From contig OX597827.1 of assembly GCA_951406725.2 (NCBI GenBank), positions 36,394,001-36,458,000 on the forward strand: 64,000 nucleotides of DNA. Direction: 5' to 3'. The translations under genes were made by a program, and so were the position numbers. How positions within the stretch are numbered: the first letter of the stretch is position 1; each line of letters begins with the position of its first letter. Below are positions 53,817-64,000 of the stretch, in pieces. Under the pieces are notes generated by a model. The model was not told the origin of the DNA. It ran no database searches and worked only from the letters and a program-made list of their open reading frames with translations. Source of the DNA: Octopus vulgaris. Lineage: Eukaryota.

Positions 53817-54135
53817 CAGGCATGCAGGAAGTAAATAGACACCTTTAAATTTCAAAATCTTTTATTTAATACGCAAAGCGAACAATTGAAATGTAATCGA
53901 TAGGTAGGACTACATACTTTAGTATTTAGTTGACCTTCCCTTTGCAGTTTTTAATTCAGAAACTCTTTTTGGCATTGAACTGATGAGCTTTGTGATTGTC
54001 TCTTGTAGAATTTCTGCCCATTTTTCACGCAACAACTGAAACAATTCATCATTAGATTTAGGTTTCTGTCGAGTTTTTCGTATAGCTCTATCTTGTACAC
54101 TACAAAGATTTTCAATTGGGTTCATGTCAGGCAGA
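53817..54135 (-). mobile_element. Tc1-like transposon 3' remnant
   Basis: PDMNPIENL...LISSMPKRV...KGRSTKY is the Tc1 C-terminal signature. Confidence 0.85.
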
Positions 54136-54321
54136 AACAAGGAAAATCGCCCTTTTATTTAACATGAAATTCCCCTTGTATTTGAATACTTTTAAAAACT
54201 TTTCTTTTAATTTTTCCAAAATTTAATTGCTTTCCAAACTTACTGTTGAAAAAGGCTCAATGACTGAAACCGGTACTGAAATGTTTTTTATAAAATTATT
54301 TTAGCATTTTCTACCTTAACT

Positions 54322-54366
<45 letters not shown>

Positions 54367-54412
54367 CACAACTATAAGAGAGAATGCACTATGTGGACGC
54401 TCTTACGCTCTT

Positions 54413-54444
<32 letters not shown>

Positions 54445-54546
54445 GTATGTATGTAAGTATATGTGTATTTGTGTGTCTGTGTTTATATATAAATTATTTA
54501 TATTATTATATGATTGAACGCCACGCATCCTCTTCCAAGTAAGCTT

Positions 54547-54578
<32 letters not shown>

Positions 54579-54896
54579 TGTATGTATGTATGTATGTATG
54601 TATGTATGTATGTATGTATGCATGTATGTATGTATGTATGTATATATATACATATGAAAGGCTTCTTTCACTTCCAGTCTGCGAAATCCACTTACAAGGC
54701 TTTGGTCGGTTCGAGGCTATAGAAAGCACTTGCCTAAGGTGCCATGCAGTGGGACTGATCCTGGAACCAAGTGGTTTGGGAGCAAGCTTTTGCACTTAGC
54801 CGCGTCTACGCCTATGGAGTATAATCACTTCTGCGGCGATTATATGTGAAAGGCGGGAATACATACCGCTATACACCAGAGGATTTGCTACATCTA

Positions 54897-54976
<80 letters not shown>

Positions 54977-55007
54977 GTCTGTCTGTATGTCTGTCTGTCT
55001 GTCTGTA

Positions 55008-55078
<71 letters not shown>

Positions 55079-55175
55079 ATATATATAATATATATGGCAA
55101 CACATATATATTATAGATAGATAGATAGATATGTGCGTGTGTATGTATTCATGTATGTGTATGTATATATATACA

Positions 55176-55206
<31 letters not shown>

Positions 55207-55307
55207 GTGTGTATATATACGTATATATGTATGTGTATATACGTATATATATATATATATATATACGTATATATGTATGTGTATATACGTATATATATAT
55301 ATATATT

Positions 55308-55341
<34 letters not shown>

Positions 55342-56057
55342 AAATACATACATATGTGTGTGTGTGTGTATGGTGTACGTATATATATCTTCGTGTATTT
55401 ACATGTGTGCGCGCTCGTGCGCCTATGTTCATATCTGAATATGTAGGCATGTGCTTTTATGTTTACATATACATGTATGTTTAACTACGTGTGCGTGAGT
55501 GTCTATAGCAACTGTCAGTTCAAATATATAGTCAGTTTACAAACCACTTAAGATGTTGTCCTAAAGGCTTTCAGTGGGATTGTAAGGATCTTGTATGTTT
55601 AGGATGGCTTAATTAACCTCCCGATACTGCTATACTTCACAATAGCTGGTTGTGTGTAGATGTATATAAATGCGTGTGGTCCGTATTCGTCTCTGCGTGC
55701 GCGCGCCCGTGTGTGCATGCGTGCGTGTGCGTGTGTGCATCCGCGTGTCTTTTGCATCTCTTGTCGGTTATGTTGTTTGTGCCGTGGTGTGTGTACTTTG
55801 TGCGTATCCGTGTGAAGAAGAAACGAACGATCAGATGGAGGGAAACAAAGAATTTGAAATTTTTGAGCCACAAAAGTAAGCCATGAAGTAAATGTATGTG
55901 TGTAGATGTCAGTGTGTATGTGTGTGTGTGTGCATATGTGTGAATAAGTGTGTCTGTGTTTCTGTGTGTGTGTAAATATGCAGACACATGCTTTCACAGT
56001 CAGACACAAATACACACATATATATGTGTGAGTCGATGTGTACGTTAACATGCGAGC

Positions 56058-56149
<92 letters not shown>

Positions 56150-56341
56150 TACACACACACTCATACACACACACATGCACACACATATGCACAGGCATGG
56201 TTGTGTGGTTAAGAAAGCTCGCTTTGCAACCACGTGGTTTCGGATTCATTGTCAAGTGTCTTCTACTATAGCCCTGGGCTGACGAATGCCGTGTGAGTGA
56301 AATTGGTAGATGGAAACTGAAAGAAGCTCGTTTTATATATG

Positions 56342-56426
<85 letters not shown>

Positions 56427-56813
56427 GAAGGTTTAAAAATGCAATTTTAAAAGGTGTTTATTCACCTGACCGGTTTCACTTTTTTAGAAAAAGATTGTCA
56501 AAAGTAAAATGTAAAGCTTTGTAAAAACTTTGTTGTGTTAAGTACTGGTTGTCACAAAATATTACAATACATATATACATTCTTTGATAATAATAAGCAA
56601 AATGTTAAAACAGTTTACAAGGAAAAATCTTAAAAAGTTCTTTGAAAATATTAGGATTTCTTTAAAAATCACATTTATTTGGAAGTATCTATACACAGAA
56701 AATTATAAGTACAAAAAGGTCATATTTTAGTGGTATGTGTATATATATACAGAAGGAGATATATTTAGGAGTTTACAAAGAATTTGAGATAAACTGACCT
56801 GTTTTACCATTTT

Positions 56814-56854
<41 letters not shown>

Positions 56855-56995
56855 TATAGAGTCATGAGTATGGATGGATGTATGTATGTATGTATGTATG
56901 TATGTATGTATGTATGTATGTATGTATGTATGTATGTATGTATGTATGCATACATGTATGTATATGTGTGTCTGTGTGTGTTTGTGTGTATATTA

Positions 56996-57575
56996 CACTA
57001 GTCAACAAAAAACATTTTTCTCGGGCATAAAATCTTAGAGCTGTTTTAGACTAATTTTGGGGTGCCAATTCCAAAACTGACCTCAGATTTGCTCTATCAC
57101 ATCACATTTTTTGTCATCAGTATATGCCTTTATTTATCTGGAACATAACAAAAGTTAATTTTACACCACTATTTACAGGAATAGGACACGGTATAAAAAT
57201 GAAAGAGGAGTACGCCAACATCAAGATTGTTCTGAAGAAGTTGCAAATCATGTTTATGGATGGGTAATTTGTGTCGATTTGAAAGTGGTAAACCTTCTAC
57301 TGAGCCAACAAGGAGGTTACACTAAGTACACGTGTTTCCTGTGCTACTGGGACAGTAAGGTTACAAAGGATCATTGAATGAAAAAAGAATGGCCCATCAA
57401 GAAACAATTTGATGCCGAATGACAAAAACATCATTAATGACCCTCTGATTGATAGGAGAAACATGTCTTCCCCCCACTGCACATAAAAACTTGGTGTTCT
57501 TATGAACTCCACTGTGATCAAGAGCTTTGATGGATTGCTTCAGATATATATGTACAATATTTCCAAGACTCAATG
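56996..57575 (+). mobile_element. Chapaev3-like (CMC superfamily) DNA transposon remnant
   Basis: TTA|CACTAGTCAACAAAA terminus; IGH...KEEY...WVICVDLKVV...QGGYTKYTCFLCYWDS...PPLHIK motifs. Family assignment from memory of Chapaev3 transposases. Confidence 0.65.
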
Positions 57576-57583
57576 ATGAGAAG

Positions 57584-57679
57584 ATCAAGAAGAAGAAGAA
57601 GAAGAAGAAGAAGAAGAAGAAGAAGAAGAAGAAGAAGAAGAAGAAGAAGAAGAAGAAGGAGGAGGAGGAGGAGGAGGAA
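57584..57679. repeat. (GAA)n(GGA)n microsatellite
   Basis: Directly visible. Confidence 0.95.
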
Positions 57680-57689
57680 TATTTGCTAC

Positions 57690-59920
57690 ATTCCTAGCAT
57701 TTTAACTGTGCCCTCCGTCAAACGCCTCACGACGTTGTTGAGAGTTATCGACTTTCCCGTCCAGGTGCCCTGTTGCAAGCCGACTGACTTTTCACTGTTA
57801 ATTTTTTGCTCCTGCCACCGCTTCGTATTCTTTAATGGCCTCACCTACCCTCTGTAGGTGTTTGACATCGGATACGATAATGGTGATAACCTCCGCGAAC
57901 GCCGAAACAAACTTTCCACAACTTAGATCTCGTGGGACGCCGTTCATAGCCTCCAACTTCCGCAGCAAAGACTCGAGAGCTAATATGTACAGGAGTGGAG
58001 AAAGGGAAATCCTTGCTGTACCGAGCGCTTAATGGAAAACGGCTCCGAAAGGAAACCATTCACCCGAACGATCGAATCGATGTTGCTGTAAAGAGCAGTG
58101 ATACAACTAAGAAAGCTGAGGGGCAGTTCGAATGCCGCAACGACCGACACCAGATAGCGATGGTCAACCATGTTAAAAGCTTTAGATTGGTCTAAATGGA
58201 CCTGAGCCCCATCCTTGCCAGGAATTTTATTAACCGTCTCTAAGTATAGCGTATAAGATGGAGATTATCCAAGATGGATCTGCCGGGAATAGCACACATT
58301 TGTGCCTCCTCCACGACACGCGCCAATCTTTTCGCTAGTACTGTGGCCCAAATCTTCAGCTCTGTGTTAAGCAGAGTGATGGGCTAGAAATTATCAACAA
58401 AGTCAACTTGTTTGGGCCCTTTCTTACCAGTGTCCCCCTCCCCCACTTCGGTTCACATTCTGCTGCCAGTCGTCAAAGACACATGCAATTAGGTGTCCAA
58501 AGAAGTCTGGCATACTATAATATAGCTCGTATGTAAGACCATCAAACCCTGGCGACTTGTCCCCGCTGCAGTCCGACAAAGTCCCTTCCACCTCCGCATT
58601 TGTGATCGGTCTTTCACAGCTTTCCTCTTCCCGCCCCGAGAGACGCCGCAAACCGTCGAGGAAGTGTGTGAGATCTCTCCTGCACTCCGGTCCACCGCTC
58701 CTCTCGAAAAACTGAGCGAAATGTTCTTGAAAGATCTTACACATCGCCTCAGGTTCGTTTACTAGGTTCTGTTAGTTCGCCAAATACCTTATCGTGGCGT
58801 CATTGCTGCGTTGTGTCTCTATCACACGGGCCCAGCCGGACGCCGTAATTCCTTCCTGTCCCATCGTACCTGCTTCGCCCTGACTATACACCGCGTGTTT
58901 AGCTTTGAGGTGTTGGTTGAGAACCAATCTCGCCACCAAAACTCGGGATGCAGAGCCAGACCTCAGTGCCTCTTCTAAATCCTTAGTTAAGTCCCTTTCT
59001 CTTCTATTCTTCTTAGCGACGAACTCTTTACTATAGCTAATGGACTCGAACAACCATTTGTTGTTTATAAAGGCACCGGTCAATGCCTTCATCACTAACA
59101 GCCTAATCCGACTCCTGTACTCCTCATCAGCCAAAAGGGACTTGTTGAGTTTCCAGTGGCCTGGACCTTGCCTACGTAACTTACAGGTCACAAGATCACT
59201 GTAGCTGACGTACGCAGTGGAACTGTGGATACCTAACTAAATCTTTATCTATATGCCTAACGAATAACCTAGAAAACCCGTCGCCATTCATCCATTTCCA
59301 CAATGGAGCCTCCGGGTGTTCTAATCTATACCGATCTGCCAGCTGAAAACGCCTAAGCAGATCGCGGAGACACGGGTTTCTCCTCCTATCCGTACTCGAG
59401 CCATCACAATCTACGCGTGCATCGCAGATTGTGTGAAAGTCCCATAGCAACACTAAGGGGTGTGACGTACCTAGAAACTTTTCTAGGCCTCGAGCTTGTG
59501 AGATCTCTATGACGAGGTCCTCGTAAATTTGAGGAGATAAATCTTTTCTCAGAGGGCATACGTCATCTTGTAACTCCTTTTTAAGTTCCAAATAGTTTGT
59601 ATTGACAATTTAAAAAAATTCAATGTTTCGGGGTGGTGCATAGGATGTTGGATGACTGGGGGAATCATTTTTATTTTTTGCATTAACGTCTTATTGTTGG
59701 CGTTGAGATGGCCGTTAAGTTTGTGTCAGGGTGGGACATGGGGTGGGGATTGGGTCTTGGGGTTTTCTTTTTTGGCGTACGTGGGCTTGTAGGGATGGGA
59801 CGGGGGTTATTTCTTTTTCCTTTTTCACTAGTCCATTTGTCTGTGTCTTCGTTTTCCTCCGCCAGGGATGTTGTTGGTGTTGTGGGTAATCTTGGAGGCG
59901 ATGGTGCCTCTTCCTCCACT
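57690..59920 (-). mobile_element. Decayed Tx1-clade LINE (ORF1 end, APE, RT)
   Basis: ORF pieces GPGHWKLNKSLL, KSPGFDGLTYELY, VDHRYL, ADRYRLEHP, homologous to 43207-45450. Confidence 0.85.
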
Positions 59921-60497
59921 CCTGCACGTATTGGCTCTCGAGCCCTTGCTGCGGAAGTTGGAGGCTATGAAGGGCGTCCCACGAGATCTCAGTTGTGGAT
60001 CGTGGCAGCACTAACGGTGGGCTTGGAGGTAAAAACCTCCATCCTCCAAGCTACAGTATTAAAACAACAAAACTGGCAGGAGCCTGGACTCGAAATGGTA
60101 GTTCAAGCGGCCCCTGCAGACTTAGAAGAGATTGTGGACACTATACATGTGAGGGAGAGTAAGCTGCGGGTGAATGCTGAGGAGAAGAAGCCACGATGCT
60201 ACAAATGTAGCCCAAAAGGTCACATCAGGGTCGAGTGTGTTCCTCCCCTCGGGAAGGCAGTAATGCACCCACCTGCTTCCGGAAACCCAAAAGAGTGCGA
60301 AAAGCCAACAAGAACACCAACTACAATAAATACACCGGCAACACCAACGACGTCAGAGGCACCAACGCCTCCAAGATTACCCACAACACAAACAACACCA
60401 ACACCAACAACATCCCCGGCGGAGGAAGACGAAGTCACAGACAAATGGACTAGTGGAAAAGGAAAAAGAAAGAACCCCCGTCCCATCCTCATAACCC
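59921..60497 (+). mobile_element. Tx1 fragments in opposite orientation (short RT piece fused to ORF1 knuckle region)
   Basis: LHVLALEPLLRKLEAMKGVPRDL then EEKKPRCYKCSPKGHIRVEC; 60355-60490 is an inverted copy of ~59790-59910. Confidence 0.75.
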
Positions 60498-62420
60498 TAG
60501 ATGCCAAGAACCCTCCTAAGTATCCTAGCTGTCCCTAATAACACTGTTTTCTGGCGCTGTACTAAACTGGGTTTCACGCCTATTTCCTCTAGCCCTCTGT
60601 TCAGATCTTTAGGGATAGTTCGCAATGTATCTATAACTACTGGGATACATTTTACCCGCACTTTCAATAGTCTCTGTAATTCAATAGCCAGGTCCTGGTA
60701 CTTTGCTATTTTCTCTATACTTCTCATATTAATGTTTTCATCATTTGGGACTGTAAAGTCAATTATCTGGCACTTTCTACTCTCTTTATCTACTACTACC
60801 AAATCAGGCCTTCTAGCGTCTATTACTTTGTCAGACTGAATGTTGAAGTCCCATTACATCTTATATTTCTTCCTTTGTTAGACTTTGTTAGATTCATGTT
60901 CATACCATTTATCAGTATGTTAAAATCCTAGCTTTCTACATAGCTCCCAGTGGATTACTCTCCCTAGATTGTCATATCTTTTCTTGTATTTTTTCTGTGC
61001 CAGCATACTCCATTCACTTACTATGTGAGTAACGCTTTTTTTTATTTAGATAATCTACATTGGGAATCTACTTGGTTTTTGTCTATCTTGGTTTCTATCT
61101 AATTAGTCCTTAATGCTTGATCTTGTGCAGTTACTAACAAACTTTCTGTCCCCCTCTTCAGCTTTCTTTTCTGCAACCATAACCATGGCTCACCACTACT
61201 ATTTGCTGCATCTATCTTTGGGAATCTATCATGCTACACGTTCTCCTGCCAGTCAGATAATTTCAGTTCTTTTTCTGGTTTTTAACTTCGTTTAGGTTTT
61301 TGGTTTCCCTATGTCATACTGTGATCCTTGCAATAAACTTTCTTCACTATTTATAAACTTTCTCCACATATGAGTCTATATCTACTCTAGATAATTCTAC
61401 GCAGTCTTCTACTGATATTAACCCTCTTCCGCCTTCCTTTTTATGTAGGTATAGTTTTGCTACTCCTGCCCTAGGGTGGAACCCTCCATTCATATTGAAT
61501 TCCTTCCTAGTTCCTAACACTTTACTCATTAATGCACTAGTTAATTTTAGATCTGGCTGTTTCTCACTGTCTACTTCTCACTTTCTTTTACCGTACTGCA
61601 TCTCCATTATGATTGACTGGCTTATCCTAAATAGTACTCCAGAACTTTCTAGCTTCTTCTGCATTTGGCTTCTCATCTTCATTACTTCGTTCTCCACTAT
61701 TTATTTGGTTATAAAATCTCCTCTGGTCTGTCTCAAATAATCTATTCTGTTGATAATGATCTATTCTTTTCTGATATCTGGAGAGCTTGCCTGCTACCGC
61801 TGTGATACGCTGTTTAAACTCTTTTTTTACTGTTCCAAATCTTTTCTCTTTCACTAAGTATCTTTTCTCGAGGGAAGATTTGCATCTTGTGTTTCCTAAC
61901 TTGTTCAGTTCCCAAGCTTCTATTCTATGTAGATCTTGTCTTACAGTCTTCACTTCATTTTGTAGTCTCCTTTTCCACATTTCCTCTTTTTTAATCTTTC
62001 CCTGTGAGTTATCTAATCGTCTGGTGACTACTGCCCCTGCATAGATCAGTAAATTAGTGTCTCCTATATTTTAAGTATATATCCCACAGATGACAGAATC
62101 TACTTTCCTATTCATTTCTAGCAGCTTCCTTCTGTTGGTGCCTTTCAATGCTGACAATCTTTTTCTTACTATCTTCCCTCATTACTTCCTGCAACTCATC
62201 TAAAATCTTCTGATCTTCCTCACTTAAATCACTTAAGTCGCTGGTGCCAGTTTTCCCTTCTTATTTGTAGCGCTATTATTATTTTTTCTTTCTTTGGTTC
62301 GAGCTGTATCTCTTATGTTGTTGTTTGTCTTTTCTACTGCCTGGTCTCTCTTTTCCAGTTCTCTTATGATCTCTTCTACCTCCAATTCTATCATCCACTT
62401 TCTTCTCCTAAATAACATTA
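60497..62420 (-). mobile_element. R4/Dong-like RLE non-LTR retrotransposon, internally deleted
   Basis: PDLVVVDK...IIDF.VP...KIAKYQDL...PVVI...LLGTARILRRVL (RLE); KLYL..KEGGRGLISVED; WKRRLQ...QQNRLFETDQRRFY. Confidence 0.88.
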
Positions 62421-62689
62421 GCTTGATGAACGAAATATACTGTATTTATTTACGACACTGTTGTTGCTTTATCCCAAGTCAATCACTATGGAAAAGAATT
62501 ATAATTGAAAACTGCTGCAACCATTATTTCGTATTTTTTGTAGATATAGTGTACTCAGGACCAAATATTCAATAATGTCCATCCATTTTTAAACTAGAAG
62601 GGTATGATTTTCGGTGAATTTTGTCGATATTTCTAGAAGGTCGAGCGACAATATAGAGGTTTACTTGTATTTAAAAATAAACAAAAAGG

Positions 62690-62865
62690 CCCTCCATCGG
62701 TTATGACAACGAGAGTTCCCGTTGATCTGATCAACGGAACAGCCGGCTTGTCAAATTAGTATGCAAGTGGCTGAGTACTCCACTTACACACATACACTTA
62801 ATGTAGTTCACAGAATGTGACAAGATTAGCCTTTGAATCAGAAACAAAGCTCATTTTTGCCAGTG
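62690..62865 (-). mobile_element. Fragment of a third SINE-like dispersed repeat
   Basis: Hairpin ttcccgttgatctgatcaacggaa and gtggctgagtactccac; resembles octopus SINE sequence as I recall it. No second copy in the window. Confidence 0.4.
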
Positions 62866-62899
62866 GTGGAAGACAAACACAAACACAAAATCACACACG

Positions 62900-63860
62900 C
62901 GTAGATTGATTTTGTAGCAATCTGTTGCTCTTGGATTACAAACGGTGTTTGATGTGTTGTAGTGGCTGTAAGTCTAAGAAAGGCTGCACTTCATGTGGAT
63001 GCGAGGATCGTCTACAAGAAATATACTCATGCATAGTCTGTTTTTTGGTATGCTGAGCGTTTCATGCCCAGGACTTCTTTGAGTTAAATTAGTCCAACTG
63101 TTTTGGGGTTGTATGGGAAGTCGTCTTGAAGCGAGTATTTCTTGAGGCGCTCACTGTCAACAAATAAGATGTTGTTTCCTTTCCTTTTCAGCACCAGATT
63201 TATATATATTTTTGACAGTTGCTGTCTGAGAGACACTATACGACTTTGAAGGCCGTCTGTACTGATTTTAAGTCTCAAATCACTTTACCTCTTCAACCCA
63301 GTTTATTGATATCACTGTTTCTGTGGACGTTTCCGGTTGTTGTCAGGATCTTGCAGGTTTTAATGTCTATCGAGTGGATTTCCCCCACAGACCGGTCAAT
63401 ATCCCAAATTTTAGAATTAGCACTGGTTCTGCAAATGCCTTGTGAGATATTGTCTTATAGGAGGAGAGTTTCGATTGCAATATGTAATAATTCTTGAGTA
63501 ACTCTTCTTTATTCATAATATATTTTTATATATTTTCCCCAATGTCTAAATATTTGTAGCATTCTTTATGTGGAACAGGAGAAATAGAAAGACTGTTGAT
63601 GTATTGGTTTTGGATTTGGAGGACTAATTGTCCACGTTAGTTCTGTTTGGCTAAATTCCATTTTTATGTCAGATGAAAATGTTATCGTTAACTCCAGCTG
63701 TTTTTTGGCGTTGCAAACATTTTTAACATTGATCTTCAGGTTCATCTACAAACAAATTATTGGTTACATTGGTACCTGTAGTAGTTGCAAACCCTTGCAT
63801 GCAGTCACGATAATGGATTCAATGACAAAATAAACAGAATTACAGAAAAAATATTCTTTG
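62900..63860 (-). mobile_element. Second, heavily decayed R4/Dong-like LINE fragment
   Basis: YKYLDIGE..., IDIKTCKILTTTGNVHRNSDINKL, RIVSL motifs. Confidence 0.6.
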
Positions 63861-64000
63861 AAATATTTACAACATTAGAGTTTATCGTTCTGCTCTCAGT
63901 TATCAATGTGTTTCCCAGATATTTGTGAGTCTCTCAGTGGCAGCGGCTAAGGTAGTACAAACTTCAGTAATCATGTATGCATTTGTCTCGAGTCGTACAT

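Noticed and set aside
54235-54285. Further hammerhead candidates (also ~24190-24260 minus and ~56460-56480 minus)
   Set aside because: GAAA plus a palindrome is present but the CTGANGA core is not recognisable, so they were not called.

Overview
AT-rich, microsatellite-dense animal genomic DNA. The tRNA-derived SINE families look like those of Octopus (inference from repeat content). The only host gene I can identify is the 3' end of a MAK16 homolog on the + strand: three phase-0 coding exons (423-605, 7190-7258, 15408-15647) and a polyA signal at about 16006. Most of the rest is mobile DNA. DNA transposons: three piggyBac-family elements (a decayed autonomous copy, a MITE, and a deletion derivative whose transposase fragments became a 179-bp tandem array), Helitrons, mariner/Tc1/pogo-like and Chapaev3-like remnants. 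Retroelements: a solo LTR, RTE LINEs sitting in (CATA)n tracts, a 10-kb head-to-tail array of Tx1-clade LINEs punctuated by (TATC)n, R4/Dong-like RLE LINEs, and many Penelope-like fragments. The most unusual signals are about a dozen type-I hammerhead-ribozyme-like motifs from several Penelope-type families (six within 31.8-35.8 kb, several with a CCGACGA core variant), a tRNA-like unit placed between a GIY-YIG ORF end and a hammerhead, microsatellite-linked LINE arrays, and a SINE whose 3' tail matches the Tx1 LINE tail. All calls were made by eye, with no database searches.
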